NCBI GenBank assembly: GCA_963663225.1
Contig: OY760142.1
Coordinates: 992,001-1,056,000, forward strand
Reading direction: 5' to 3'
Length of the DNA: 64,000 nt
Source of the DNA: Nitrospirota bacterium
GTDB lineage: Bacteria; Nitrospirota; UBA9217
Shown here: positions 1 through 10,664 of the stretch, piece by piece
Layout of the letters: each line of letters begins with the position of its first letter
Position numbering within the stretch: position 1 is the stretch's first letter
The notes under the pieces: model-generated
Databases searched by the model: none
What the model saw: only the letters and a program-made list of their open reading frames with translations
Told to the model about the DNA's origin: nothing
Translations under genes and position numbers: made by a program

Positions 1-1
1 C

Positions 2-130
2 AACTATAATTCGCGCCTTCGCATACCGGAAGTGATGGTCAAGGGCAGCGAATATTATGTCGTCCGGGAACGGGAAACCTACAATGATCTTATTAAAGGG
101 GAAAAAGTCCCGCGATGGCTGGCAGGTTAG
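2..130 (+). CDS. lysA: Diaminopimelate decarboxylase, 3' end (partial)
   Basis: Frame 2 translates to [34 protein letters not shown]..., the typical LysA C-terminus; stop TAG at 128-130; directly upstream of dapF. Confidence 0.85.
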   Translation, partial: NYNSRLRIPEVMVKGSEYYVVRERETYNDLIKGEKVPRWLAG

Positions 131-172
131 TGCGCATGCCCTGGCAAGGAAACCCCTGAGAGGAAGTGCCCT

Positions 173-994
173 ATGCGACAGCTGAAGAAAATACCGTTTT
201 ATAAAATGCAGGGAAGCGGCAATGACTTTATTCTGATCGACAATCGCAGCGGTGTTCTGAAAGGCAAAAATCTCAAAAAAGTAGCTTTGAGCGTCTGCAA
301 TCGGCATTATTCAGTGGGCGCCGACGGGCTGATCGTGATTGCTCCGTCGCGGAAGTTTAACTTCAAGTGGCACTTCTTCAACGCGGACGGCAGCGAGGCG
401 GAAATGTGCGGCAACGGTTCACGGTGCGCTGCGCGATTTGCCTATATAAAAAAAATAGCCCCGAAAAAAATGACGTTCGAGACATTGGCAGGCCCCATTT
501 GGGCGCAGGTCAGAGACAGCCGGGTAAAAGTACAGCTTACGGACGCCTTCGGACTGCGTATGAATATTGCCGTTCCGCTCGAGGGCGGTTTGCGCATGGG
601 TCATTTTATCAATACCGGAGTTCCGCATCTCGTTTATTTTTCAAAAGACATTGACCAGGAAGACGTGGACCGCATCGGCCGTGCGACAAGATACCATGCA
701 CTTTTCAAACCGGCGGGCACCAATGTCAACTTCATTCAAGTCCTTAGCCCGCGTAAACTCAGAATCAGAACCTATGAACGCGGTGTGGAGGGTGAGACCT
801 TGGCATGCGGGACGGGTTCTGTTGCCGCCGCACTTATAGCAGGCTCCATCAAGGCAGTCTCTTCACCGGTTGAGGTTATAACGAAAAGCGGTGAAAAACT
901 GACCGTTTCCTATGAGCGAACACCGTCGGAATTCAGGGAAATATTCCTCGAAGGGGAAGCAGAAATAATATGCGAAGGGCTATTGTACTGCTGA
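173..994 (+). CDS. dapF: Diaminopimelate epimerase
   Basis: KMQGSGNDF, EMCGNG, TGVPH and ERGVEGETLACGTG motifs. Confidence 0.97.
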   Translation: MRQLKKIPFYKMQGSGNDFILIDNRSGVLKGKNLKKVALSVCNRHYSVGADGLIVIAPSRKFNFKWHFFNADGSEAEMCGNGSRCAARFAYIKKIAPKKMTFETLAGPIWAQVRDSRVKVQLTDAFGLRMNIAVPLEGGLRMGHFINTGVPHLVYFSKDIDQEDVDRIGRATRYHALFKPAGTNVNFIQVLSPRKLRIRTYERGVEGETLACGTGSVAAALIAGSIKAVSSPVEVITKSGEKLTVSYERTPSEFREIFLEGEAEIICEGLLYC

Positions 995-1087
995 TAACCG
1001 TGCATTGTTTCCCGTGCATTGCAGATTGCCGGCAAGCGGTTTCGACGTTCTGAAGGTATTTATAGTACGCATTAAGAGGGGGTTGCT

Positions 1088-1960
1088 ATGTTTAAAGGGT
1101 CGATGGTTGCCATAATCACACCGTTCAAAAACGGGACCATAGATGAAAAAGCCTTCGGCGATCTGATCGAGTTCCATATCAAAAACGGCACCGACGCCAT
1201 TGTGCCTTGTGGGACATCAGGTGAGTCCGCCACGCTTTCACACGAAGAACACCACCGCGTGGTCGAGTTCACCGTCCAAACAGTAAACAAGCGGATACCT
1301 GTCGTTGCGGGAGCCGGCTCAAACAGCACCGAAGAGACGCGGGAGCTTACCCGTTTTGCAAAAAAGGCGGGCGCGGACGGTGTGCTGCTTATTACGCCGT
1401 ATTATAACAAACCAACACAGGAAGGCCTGTACCGGCACTTCAAGACGGTCGCGGAATCCACGGAAATTCCCATTATTCTTTACAATGTGCCCGGCCGGAC
1501 AGGAGTGAACATGCTGCCGGAAACCGTGGCGCGTCTTCGCGAAATTGCAAATATCGTCGGCATCAAAGAGGCCACCGGCGATTTGAAGCAGATAAGCGAG
1601 GTGCTCCGGCTGTGCGGCAGGGATTTTGATGTGATCTCGGGGGACGACTTCACCAATCTTCCCGTTCTTTCCATTGGAGGCGTCGGGTCCATTTCCGTCA
1701 CGGCGAATGTGGCGCCAGCCGATTGCGCGGCCTTGTTTGACGCATTTTTTGCCGGGGACCTCGAGAAAGCCCTTCAGCTTCATTATAAACTGGAACCGCT
1801 GCACAGTGCCATGTTTATCGAAACAAATCCGATTCCGGCGAAGACGGCTCTCGTGCTTATGGGAAAAGTTGCAGAAGAGTTCCGCCTGCCCCTCTGTCCC
1901 ATGGCTGATGCGAACAAACTAAAACTGAAAAAAGCATTACAGGATTACAAACTGATCTGA
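1088..1960 (+). CDS. dapA: 4-hydroxy-tetrahydrodipicolinate synthase
   Basis: CGTSGES, PYYNKP, LYNVPGRT, GIKEA and ETNPIP motifs. Confidence 0.97.
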   Translation: MFKGSMVAIITPFKNGTIDEKAFGDLIEFHIKNGTDAIVPCGTSGESATLSHEEHHRVVEFTVQTVNKRIPVVAGAGSNSTEETRELTRFAKKAGADGVLLITPYYNKPTQEGLYRHFKTVAESTEIPIILYNVPGRTGVNMLPETVARLREIANIVGIKEATGDLKQISEVLRLCGRDFDVISGDDFTNLPVLSIGGVGSISVTANVAPADCAALFDAFFAGDLEKALQLHYKLEPLHSAMFIETNPIPAKTALVLMGKVAEEFRLPLCPMADANKLKLKKALQDYKLI

Positions 1961-2099
1961 GCAGCGCCATACTCCGCAGAGAGAAAATGTTCGCAGGCAG
2001 GAACAATGCCCGGAAGAATTGACAATCAACAATTCTTTCCCGCGAACCGTTCCAGCAATGGAACCTCATATCCTCCCTGCGGCTAACCAGGAGTGCATT

Positions 2100-2909
2100 A
2101 TGATTAACGCTGTCGTAACGGGAGCGGCAGGCAGAATGGGTCTGCGGATCATCAATCTTCTCTCGACGGAAGAAGACATCCGCCTTTCTGCCGCACTAGA
2201 ACGAAGCGGCCATCCGCTCATTGGTCAGGATGTTTTTCCTCTGGCGGGCCTTCCGGCCGGCAAACAACCTGCACCCATCGTTGACGATCTTGCAGCCGCC
2301 CTTAAAGACGGAGATGTTCTCATTGATTTCACCCAACCCGCCCCTAGTCTTGCCAGCATAAGAGCCTGCGCGGAGCAGGGCAAGCCGATCGTGGTGGGCA
2401 CCACCGGCTTTTCGCCGGAGCACCTTGCGGAAATCGAACGGCATGCACGCAAAATCCCCTGTATACTTTCACCCAACATGAGCATCGGCGTCAATCTTTG
2501 TTTCAGAATTTTGGCCGAAATTGCAGCAACCATCGGCAACGACTATGACATGGAAATCATAGAAGCCCACCACAATCTGAAAAAAGACGCTCCTTCGGGC
2601 ACCGCCATGAAGATGGCGCATATTATCGCCCAGGCTGTGAACCGCGACCTGGGAAAAACCGCAGTGTATGCCCGCAGAGGCATGATCGGTGAACGCTCCA
2701 AACAGGAGATCGGCATTCAAACGGTGCGCGCCGGAGATATTGTCGGTGAACACACCGTCATGTTTGCGGGCACGGGAGAGCGAATTGAGATCACGCACCG
2801 TGCGCACAGCAGGGACACGTTTGCCGCAGGCGCTATTCGCGCGGCAAAATGGATTGTAAATAAAAAACCCGGCATATATGATATGCAGGATGTGCTGGGA
2901 CTGAAATAA
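2100..2909 (+). CDS. dapB: 4-hydroxy-tetrahydrodipicolinate reductase
   Basis: GAAGRMG, GTTG and EAHHNLKKDAPSGTA motifs; start placed at ATG 2100 after the AGGAG RBS. Confidence 0.96.
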   Translation: MINAVVTGAAGRMGLRIINLLSTEEDIRLSAALERSGHPLIGQDVFPLAGLPAGKQPAPIVDDLAAALKDGDVLIDFTQPAPSLASIRACAEQGKPIVVGTTGFSPEHLAEIERHARKIPCILSPNMSIGVNLCFRILAEIAATIGNDYDMEIIEAHHNLKKDAPSGTAMKMAHIIAQAVNRDLGKTAVYARRGMIGERSKQEIGIQTVRAGDIVGEHTVMFAGTGERIEITHRAHSRDTFAAGAIRAAKWIVNKKPGIYDMQDVLGLK

Positions 2910-2947
2910 TGCTTTCCGATGTGTAATCCCCTCTAAAGGAGTTTTCC

Positions 2948-3679
2948 ATGAAGAATGTTGTTTGTTTGCTTACTGGTTTTTTATTGTTCATCCTTCCTGT
3001 GTCGGCGCATGCATTTAAGATGAAGGAAGGGCAGGACTGTCTGAAATGCCATAAATTAAAAAAGTCCGAGGCACAGGATATTGTTGATCGCGTTGTGCCG
3101 AACGGCAAAGTTCTTGATATCAAGGCCTCGCCGCTCAAAGGGGCGTGGCAAATCGAAGTCCAGAAGGAAGCACAGCACGGCATTGTGCTTCTTGATTTTT
3201 CGAAAAAGTACCTGATCGGCGGCCTCAGTCCCGTGCCGAAAAAAGTGGCCTTCTCTAAAATTCCGCTTTCGGACGCCATTGTGTTGGGCGCCGCGACGGC
3301 GAAGAAAAAGGTCATTGTTTTCACGGATCCGGACTGTCCGTACTGCCGCGAACTGCATCCGGTGATGAAGCGCATTGTCGAAAAGCATGCCGACATAGCG
3401 TTCTATCTGATCCTGAATCCTCTGCCGATGCACAAGGATGCATACAAAAAGGCCCAGGCTATATTGTGCTCAAAATCAATTCCCATACTCGATGATGCAT
3501 TCAGCGGTAAACCGGTGCCAGAGCCGTCTTGTCCTGCAGATGCGGTCGAACGGACCACGGCCCTGGCGAAATCCTACGACTTTACCGGAACACCGCTCTT
3601 AGTGCGGCAGGACGGACTTGTGCTTCCGGGGTATCTTCCGGAAGAAAAACTGTTGGATTGGATTAACACGGGCAAATAA
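2948..3679 (+). CDS. dsbC: DsbC-family thiol:disulfide isomerase with an N-terminal CxxCH motif
   Basis: Signal peptide (SAHA), FTDPDCPYC active site, GTP cis-Pro loop; CLKCH just after the signal peptide. Confidence 0.85.
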   Translation: MKNVVCLLTGFLLFILPVSAHAFKMKEGQDCLKCHKLKKSEAQDIVDRVVPNGKVLDIKASPLKGAWQIEVQKEAQHGIVLLDFSKKYLIGGLSPVPKKVAFSKIPLSDAIVLGAATAKKKVIVFTDPDCPYCRELHPVMKRIVEKHADIAFYLILNPLPMHKDAYKKAQAILCSKSIPILDDAFSGKPVPEPSCPADAVERTTALAKSYDFTGTPLLVRQDGLVLPGYLPEEKLLDWINTGK

Positions 3680-3723
3680 CATTTGTTTTGAGGATTCAAA
3701 GAATTCATAAGGAGGTTTTATTC

Positions 3724-4974
3724 GTGTCAGGAACAACGGAGAAAGAAACATATATTCAAGCGCTGTTTGCGGATCGCCTCGGAGGTGCGCTGTTCGGCAA
3801 AGAGCAGAAAATCTATAAATTTGAAAAAATCAAACGCGCCAAGCGGGCCGCACTTGCCGCGCATCCCGGCATGGAACTGATCGATTTTGGGGTGGGAGAA
3901 CCTGATGAGATGGCGTTTCCGGGTATAGTCAGGGCTCTTCAGCAGGAAACAGAAAGACCCCAGAACCGGGGCTACGCAGACAACGGTATCCAGGAGTTCA
4001 AGGATGCCGCCGCGCGCTATCTTCAAAACGTCTACGGCATTACCGGACTCAACCCGGAAACCGAAGTGCTGCATTGCATCGGGAGCAAACCGGCGCTTGC
4101 AATGTTTCCGGCAGTATTCATTAATCCCGGCGATATCACGCTGATGACGGTTCCGGGATACCCCATTATGGGGACACATACCCGCTGGTACGGGGGAGAC
4201 GTGGTTAATCTGCCGCTTCTCGAACAAAATGGTTTTCTTCCCGATTTCGAAGCACTCTCTGATGACGTGAAAAAACGCGCAAAGCTCCTCTATATCAATT
4301 ACCCGAACAATCCAACCGGTGCAGGCGCGACCAGGGCTTTTTTTGAAACCGTGGTGGCTTTCGCAAAAGCAAACAACATTGTAGTAGTTCACGACGCTGC
4401 ATATGCCGCGCTGGCCTATGGATCAAAGCCGCTTTCATTTCTTTCCGTAGCCAGCGCAAAAGATGTGGGAGTAGAAATTCACTCTTTGTCGAAGGCGTAT
4501 AATATGACCGGCTGGCGTCTGGGTTTTGTTGCGGGAAACGAACGCGTCATTGCGGGTTATGGAAACGTCAAGGACAATTACGACTCAGGGCAGTTCAAGG
4601 CAATCCAGATGGCGGGCGTGCACGCTCTGGACCATCCTGAGATAACGTCCGAAATCACCGCAAAATACGAGCGCAGACTGCAAGCCATGGTTTCCGTCCT
4701 TGCAGGAATGGGGTTCAACGCCAAGATGCCTGCGGGCACTTTCTATCTGTATGTCAAAATGCCGAAAGGCATCAAAAACGGCAGACGGTTTTCAAATGCG
4801 GAGGAATTTTCCGAATTTCTTATTTCGGAGAAACTCATCAGCACCGTGCCGTGGGACGATGCGGGATCGTATGTCCGCTTCTCCGCTACGTTTGTGTCGA
4901 ATGGCAGAAAAGATGAGCAACGAGTGCTCGACGAATTCGGGAAAAGAATGAGCGGCCTTCAATTTGAGTTTTAA
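3724..4974 (+). CDS. dapL: LL-diaminopimelate aminotransferase
   Basis: Class I PLP aminotransferase (NYPNNPTG, DAAY, SLSKAYNMTGWRLG) within the dap operon; GTG start after AAGGAGG. Confidence 0.85.
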   Translation: MSGTTEKETYIQALFADRLGGALFGKEQKIYKFEKIKRAKRAALAAHPGMELIDFGVGEPDEMAFPGIVRALQQETERPQNRGYADNGIQEFKDAAARYLQNVYGITGLNPETEVLHCIGSKPALAMFPAVFINPGDITLMTVPGYPIMGTHTRWYGGDVVNLPLLEQNGFLPDFEALSDDVKKRAKLLYINYPNNPTGAGATRAFFETVVAFAKANNIVVVHDAAYAALAYGSKPLSFLSVASAKDVGVEIHSLSKAYNMTGWRLGFVAGNERVIAGYGNVKDNYDSGQFKAIQMAGVHALDHPEITSEITAKYERRLQAMVSVLAGMGFNAKMPAGTFYLYVKMPKGIKNGRRFSNAEEFSEFLISEKLISTVPWDDAGSYVRFSATFVSNGRKDEQRVLDEFGKRMSGLQFEF

Positions 4975-5038
4975 AATAGAAGCGGCGTTCCTGAAGAGGC
5001 AATGCGTCACGTGCGGAGGGCGCTGAAACGGATTTTTC

Positions 5039-5539
5039 ATGCCGACCATAGCGTATATCGGTTTAGGCTCAAATAGGGGAGATAAAGCAGGCAATTGCCT
5101 GCGGGCCCTTAATCTCTTGCGTGAAGCAGGCCGCGTAAAAAAAACTTCTTCTTTTTACGGCACCGAGCCGGTAGGCTTTCGCAACCAGGAGGATTTCATC
5201 AACGCAGTCGCGGAATTGCACACGGATCTTTCGGCCGGCCAGCTGCTTGAAGCCTGTCGTGACATTGAAAACAAGCTGGGACGCAGCAGAACACTCCGCT
5301 GGGGACCGCGGACAATCGACCTTGATATTCTGCTGTACGGAGATGTCGTGATGGAGACCTCCGATCTTACAATACCGCATCCGTTACTGGCATCCCGCAG
5401 GTTCGTGCTTGTCCCTTTGTGTGAAATCGCACCGCAGGTAGTGCATCCGGTTCTGCAAAAAACGGCGTCACGTCTGCTCGCAGAACTGGATGATCCTCAT
5501 CGTGTTGCAGCGTGCAGCTGCCGAAAAAACCATGATTAG
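5039..5539 (+). CDS. folK: 2-amino-4-hydroxy-6-hydroxymethyldihydropteridine pyrophosphokinase
   Basis: YIGLGSN, RWGPRTIDLDIL, IPHP and RRFVLVPL motifs. Confidence 0.97.
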   Translation: MPTIAYIGLGSNRGDKAGNCLRALNLLREAGRVKKTSSFYGTEPVGFRNQEDFINAVAELHTDLSAGQLLEACRDIENKLGRSRTLRWGPRTIDLDILLYGDVVMETSDLTIPHPLLASRRFVLVPLCEIAPQVVHPVLQKTASRLLAELDDPHRVAACSCRKNHD

Positions 5540-6200
5540 AAAACCTGATGCCGTTTCTCAAGCAAAGTACATCGTAACCGAAGGACCGATCGGCGTGGGG
5601 AAAACAAGCCTTACCGGCCTGCTTGCGGAGGAACTTGGGGCCCGCTTGATTCTTGAGCGGGCGGAAGAAAACCCCTTTCTTCCCGATTTTTATCGTGAGC
5701 CGGAACGCTTTCGTTTTCAAACCCAGATGTTCTTTCTCCTGAACAGATTCATCCAGCAGCAGGAGATGAACCAGCCTGATCTGTTCACGCAGATCACCAT
5801 CAGCGATTATCTGTTCGACAAAGACCGCATCTTTGCCTATCTTAACCTCAGCGACAATGAGCTCGCACTGTACGAGCAGTTCTACAAAATACTCGAGCCC
5901 AACATCGTTCGGCCCGATCTTGTCATTTTTTTGCAGGCGGATACGGATACTCTTCTCCGGCGCATCAGGCAGCGCGCCAGATCATTTGAAAAACAGGTCA
6001 ATCAGGACTACATCGCCGCCGTAAATGAAGCTTACAACCAGTTCTTCTTTCGCTACAGCGACACCCCTCTTCTTGTCATCAACACTTCAGATATCGATTT
6101 TGTTCACCGGCGGGAAGATCTTGATGATTTGCTCAAGCAGATATTGAGCATGAAACAGGGCACGCAATATTACGTGCCGAGGTCAAAAGGAAGAAAGTAG
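5532..6200 (+). CDS. Deoxynucleoside kinase
   Basis: EGPIGVGKTS P-loop, ENPFL..FY, TQMFFL; follows folK as is common. Confidence 0.9.
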   Translation: MIRKPDAVSQAKYIVTEGPIGVGKTSLTGLLAEELGARLILERAEENPFLPDFYREPERFRFQTQMFFLLNRFIQQQEMNQPDLFTQITISDYLFDKDRIFAYLNLSDNELALYEQFYKILEPNIVRPDLVIFLQADTDTLLRRIRQRARSFEKQVNQDYIAAVNEAYNQFFFRYSDTPLLVINTSDIDFVHRREDLDDLLKQILSMKQGTQYYVPRSKGRK

Positions 6201-6295
6201 CAACACCTTGTGCCTGCCGTTTTTTTCAACATCGCTCCAGAACACCCTGCTTCACGCGCAACAAAAAATCTTTTGACAGACCATTCCACTCTTTT

Positions 6296-7771
6296 TTAGC
6301 GCTTTCCTCCACCCAGGATCGATCCAAGCACTCCCCTGATAATTTGGCGTCCTATTTGACTTCCGATGGCATGTGCGGCACTCTTTGCCATGGCACCGAC
6401 AATCTTGGCGGCTTCTGATTGCGGTTCAGCAGCCTTTCCCCGCCGCGTCGGCGCGCCCGGCTCCTGACCCTGCTCTTCCTCGGCTTCCGCGGTGCGCTGT
6501 TTCAGTTTTTCGTAAGCAGACTCACGGTCAACCGCTTTTTCATAATGTCCGAACAAATCGGACGCTTTGATAATTTCCATCCGCTCTTCAGATGTCAGGG
6601 GAGCAAGCCGGCTTCGCGGCGGGCAGACAAATGCCCGTTCCACGACAGTGGGAGAACCTTTTGCGTCAAGCACGGAAATAAGCGCTTCGCCGACACCGAG
6701 TTCCGTGATAACTTTTGCCACGTCCAGATTCGGATTGGGGCGGAACGTGTCGGCTGCGGCCTTGACCGTTTTTTGGTCCTTTGGCGTAAAAGCGCGAAGA
6801 GCATGCTGGACCCGGTTTCCCAACTGGCCCAGAACCGTTTCGGGCACATCGAGCGGATTCTGCGTTATAAAATACACCCCTACGCCTTTGGAGCGAATAA
6901 GCCTCACCACCTGTTCTATTTTATCTTCCAGGGCTTTCGGTGCGTCATCGAACAGCAGATGGGCCTCATCAAAGAAGAACACGATCTTTGGTTTCTCAGG
7001 ATCACCGACTTCAGGAAGGGTCTCGAAAAGCTCCGCCAGCATCCAAAGAAGGAAGGTGGCATACAGTTTTGGCGACTGCAGAAGCTTTTCCGCAGCAAGA
7101 ATGTTGACCATCCCCCTGCCTACCGCATCGGTTTGCATGAGGTCCGCAAGATTCAGGGCGGGCTCTCCGAAAAACGCCTCACCGCCCTGCTCCTCAATTC
7201 CGAGCAGACCGCGCTGGATGGCCCCGATGCTCGCCGTAGAAATATTGCCATACTGGGTTTTGAATTTGTCCGCGTTGTCGCCCACAAATTGAGCCATGGC
7301 GCGAAGATCCTTAAGGTCCAAAAGGAGCATGCCGTTATCATCGGCGACTTTGAAAATAATGGAGAGCACACCGCTCTGAATTTCATTCAGTTTCAAAACA
7401 CGGGAAAGCAGAAGCGGTCCCATTTCTGAGATCGTAGTGCGGACCGGGTGCCCCTGCAGACCGAACAGATCCCAGAAGGCGGTCGGACAATTCTCAAAAG
7501 CAAATCCGTCGATCCCCAGCTGTTTTGCGCGTGAGGCAAAATCCGGTTTGTCGCCGCCGGCTTTTGCAATGCCGGTAAGGTCGCCTTTTACATCCGCTAG
7601 AAAAACCGGCACGCCGATCCTGCTGAACTGTTCCGCCATGACGCGAAGCGTCACGGTTTTGCCGGTGCCGGTGGCACCGGCAATCAGGCCATGTCGGTTG
7701 GCCATGCTCGGAAGAATTGCGATGTCCTCTTTTGCTTTTGCGATAAGAAGTGCTTCCGTTTTTTTTGCCAT
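6296..7771 (-). CDS. HerA-like P-loop ATPase (YjgR/DUF853 family)
   Basis: [52 protein letters not shown]. Confidence 0.9.
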   Translation of the reverse strand: MAKKTEALLIAKAKEDIAILPSMANRHGLIAGATGTGKTVTLRVMAEQFSRIGVPVFLADVKGDLTGIAKAGGDKPDFASRAKQLGIDGFAFENCPTAFWDLFGLQGHPVRTTISEMGPLLLSRVLKLNEIQSGVLSIIFKVADDNGMLLLDLKDLRAMAQFVGDNADKFKTQYGNISTASIGAIQRGLLGIEEQGGEAFFGEPALNLADLMQTDAVGRGMVNILAAEKLLQSPKLYATFLLWMLAELFETLPEVGDPEKPKIVFFFDEAHLLFDDAPKALEDKIEQVVRLIRSKGVGVYFITQNPLDVPETVLGQLGNRVQHALRAFTPKDQKTVKAAADTFRPNPNLDVAKVITELGVGEALISVLDAKGSPTVVERAFVCPPRSRLAPLTSEERMEIIKASDLFGHYEKAVDRESAYEKLKQRTAEAEEEQGQEPGAPTRRGKAAEPQSEAAKIVGAMAKSAAHAIGSQIGRQIIRGVLGSILGGGKR

Positions 7772-7949
7772 AGTGCCTCCGCGGAGAACCTGTCGTAAAA
7801 ATAGAGAAACAGCCTGCTTAGAAACGATGATCGAATTATTCCATAAACATTTTTCGAAAGCAAGCGCTTAATAATTTTGCAACCGAAGAACACCCCTCAA
7901 CACTTTCCAATTGCGGTTTCTTGTCTTTTTGTGTAAGATCAGCGTATCC

Positions 7950-8891
7950 ATGCCACGCTACATTCTGAATCGGATACTTCTTTTTATCCCCACGCTTATC
8001 GGCATAACGCTCATTACTTTTATCCTTATGCAGTCTCTGCCGGGCGATCCTGTCCAGGGTATGGCCGGTGAACGGGCAAATCCGGAAACGCTGGCGAGGA
8101 TCCGCGCGGAACTCGGCAGCGACAAACCGCTGGCCGCCCAATATCTGGGTTACCTGAAACTCATTGCCGTCGGTGAACTCGGACGTTCATACTATACCAA
8201 CCGCAAAATCAACGACGACCTAGTGCAAAAATTTCCGAACACGCTGAAGCTCGCTGCCGCGGCCATGCTGTTCGCTTCGGTGTTCGGGATCGGCATGGGC
8301 GTAATCGCAGCAGTCAAACAAGGCACTGTCTGGGACCGGCTGATACTGCTCGTTTCCGTGGGAGGGATTTCCATTCCGGTTTTTTGGCTCGGCCTCGCCC
8401 TGATGCTTATTTTCGCCTTCTATCTCCAGTGGCTTCCGCCGTCGGGCATGGGCAACGGCAGTTTTCTTCATATCATTCTCCCTGCCGCAACGCTCGGAAC
8501 ATTTTCGCTTTCTTATATTGCGCGCGTAACACGCTCCTCCATGCTGGAATCGCTTTCTCAGCCGTATGTAGCCGCAGCCCGCGCCAAGGGGCTTTCCGAA
8601 ACACAGGTGGTGCTCAAGCACGCGCTTAAAAATTCTCTCATCCCGATCGTAACCCTGATCGGCTTGGACCTCGGCTCATATCTGAACGGCGCGGTCCTGA
8701 CCGAAACTATTTTCGGGTGGGACGGGCTCGGCAGGTACGCGCTCGACGGCATTCTGAAGCGGGATTATCCGGTGATCATGGGCGTCGTTCTTTTTGGATC
8801 CCTGGTCTTTGTGACCATAAATCTGCTGGTAGATATTTCGTACCAGTTTCTGGATCCGCGGGTGCGCGAAAAGCAGGCACGAAATGCTTGA
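7950..8891 (+). CDS. Peptide/nickel ABC transporter permease (DppB-like)
   Basis: LPGDP, ARAKGL..V..KHALKN EAA loop, TETIFGWDGLG, RDYP. Confidence 0.92.
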   Translation: MPRYILNRILLFIPTLIGITLITFILMQSLPGDPVQGMAGERANPETLARIRAELGSDKPLAAQYLGYLKLIAVGELGRSYYTNRKINDDLVQKFPNTLKLAAAAMLFASVFGIGMGVIAAVKQGTVWDRLILLVSVGGISIPVFWLGLALMLIFAFYLQWLPPSGMGNGSFLHIILPAATLGTFSLSYIARVTRSSMLESLSQPYVAAARAKGLSETQVVLKHALKNSLIPIVTLIGLDLGSYLNGAVLTETIFGWDGLGRYALDGILKRDYPVIMGVVLFGSLVFVTINLLVDISYQFLDPRVREKQARNA

Positions 8892-8935
8892 CGCACGTTC
8901 CGGGGGACAAAAGGCAAAATGAAGTTTTTTGCACA

Positions 8936-9784
8936 ATGAAAGCCATGCTCCATTCTTCTGCGCACAAAAAAGCTGCGGCAAACATTCCTGCGATTATTGC
9001 GGCTGTTTTGCTTGTTCTGCTTGTACTGACAGCGCTCGTCGGTCCCTCTTTGGTTTCCTTTGACCCGCTTGCCATGGATCTCAACAAGATCAAGCAGCCG
9101 CCGGATACAACGCACTATCTCGGGACGGACAGCAAGGGAAGAGATATCCTTTCCCGGATTGTTTCCGGCGCGCGCATTTCTTTGGCAGTAGGAATCGCCT
9201 CGTCTGCGCTGTCCTTGTGTATCGGCATTTTTTTCGGACTGATCGCGGGATACTTCGGCGGCAAGACGGACATCATCCTCTCTCAGATTTTCGATATTTT
9301 TCTTGCATTTCCCAGCCTTCTTCTTGCCATCGGCATCAGTGCCGTCATGACGCCGCCAGGCCTCACCTCTGCCATGCTTGCAATCACGCTTGTCGGCTGG
9401 GCCGGTTTCGCGCGGCTGGTGCGCGGCATCACGCTTACACTGAAGGAGCAGACCTACGTGGATGCATCAAAAGCGATGGGGGCCACACCGGCACGGATTC
9501 TGTATAAGCATATTCTGCCGAACGCGATTCCCTTGCTGCTCGTGGCAGGCAGTCTGCGTGTCGGTGGATTTATTCTGCTGGAAGCATCACTTTCATTCCT
9601 CGGCCTCGGCGTCCAGCCGCCCACGCCGACCTGGGGCTCTATGATCAGCCTGAACCGCGACTATATCAACTCCGCCCCCTGGATGGTGATTTTTCCCGGC
9701 ATCGCTATCTGTATCACAGTAATCAGCTTCAACATCATCGGCGATTTTCTGAGAGACAGACTTGATCCAAGGATGCGTATATAG
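8936..9784 (+). CDS. Peptide ABC transporter permease (DppC-like)
   Basis: HYLGTDSKGRD, KHILPN, SFLGLG, PTWG, GDFLRDRLDPR; start position uncertain. Confidence 0.92.
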   Translation: MKAMLHSSAHKKAAANIPAIIAAVLLVLLVLTALVGPSLVSFDPLAMDLNKIKQPPDTTHYLGTDSKGRDILSRIVSGARISLAVGIASSALSLCIGIFFGLIAGYFGGKTDIILSQIFDIFLAFPSLLLAIGISAVMTPPGLTSAMLAITLVGWAGFARLVRGITLTLKEQTYVDASKAMGATPARILYKHILPNAIPLLLVAGSLRVGGFILLEASLSFLGLGVQPPTPTWGSMISLNRDYINSAPWMVIFPGIAICITVISFNIIGDFLRDRLDPRMRI

Positions 9785-9845
9785 AAATGCGGGAAACCGC
9801 ACTGCCCCTGTACAAAATTATCGTTAACAACCCGAGCACGCAAAT

Positions 9846-10664
9846 ATGAATGTCCGCGCAAAAAAATCTCTGGGCCAGAACTTTCTTAAGGATCCTTACT
9901 ATCATCACAAAATAGCAACCGCAGCACAGCTAGGTTCCGGGGATCTGGTTCTCGAAATCGGGCCGGGACTGGGCCATTTAACCGCTGTACTTGTGGAGAA
10001 GGCAAAAAAGGTTCTTGCAATTGAACTGGATGAAAGGCTCATACCTGTTTTGCGCCGGCAATTCTCCGGACAAAAACAGGTTGAAATAGTCCAGGCAGAC
10101 GCGCTTGAGTATCCGTATGCCGGTTTGACAGGACAATGGAAGGTCGTTGCCAATCTTCCCTATTACATATCAACACCTATTATCCAGAAACTCCTTGCCC
10201 ATCGCGAAAAATTTTTCAGTCTCACGCTTATGCTGCAAAAGGAAGTCGCCCGGCGAATTTCCGCATCGCCGGGAGGAAAGGATTACGGCTATCTTTCCGT
10301 TTTGGTCCAGTTATATGCTGAACCCAGAATAGAATTCAGCGTGCCGCCGGAAGCCTTTTCACCAAAACCAGAAGTGGATTCAGCGGTCATCACTCTTGTG
10401 ATCCGCAGCCGCCCGGCTGTTTCGCTTCGGGATGAGGCCTTTTTTATCCGGGTAGTCAAGGCAGCGTTTTCCCAGCGCAGAAAAACCCTTCGCAATGCCC
10501 TCAAGCAGCTTGATATTCCGCAAGAGAAGATGGAAACAAGTCTGGATAAAACAGGCGTTGACCTGGGCCGACGGGCTGAAACCCTGACCGTGGAGGAATT
10601 TGGAAGACTGGCGGACTTCCTCAGTGGAGCCCCTTCCGGCACGAGCCGGGGGCTCCTTCGATAA
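9846..10664 (+). CDS. rsmA: 16S rRNA m6,6A dimethyltransferase
   Basis: KKSLGQNFL, EIGPGLG, ANLPYYIS, FSQRRKTLRN; the last ~13 codons overlap a repeat. Confidence 0.96.
   Translation: MNVRAKKSLGQNFLKDPYYHHKIATAAQLGSGDLVLEIGPGLGHLTAVLVEKAKKVLAIELDERLIPVLRRQFSGQKQVEIVQADALEYPYAGLTGQWKVVANLPYYISTPIIQKLLAHREKFFSLTLMLQKEVARRISASPGGKDYGYLSVLVQLYAEPRIEFSVPPEAFSPKPEVDSAVITLVIRSRPAVSLRDEAFFIRVVKAAFSQRRKTLRNALKQLDIPQEKMETSLDKTGVDLGRRAETLTVEEFGRLADFLSGAPSGTSRGLLR

Noticed and set aside
2019-2099. N-terminal extensions in the ORF track (dapB, iscS, rny, gpsA, trmH, dppC and others)
   Set aside because: Family similarity and the RBS or promoter point to downstream starts; the extensions overlap upstream genes or promoters
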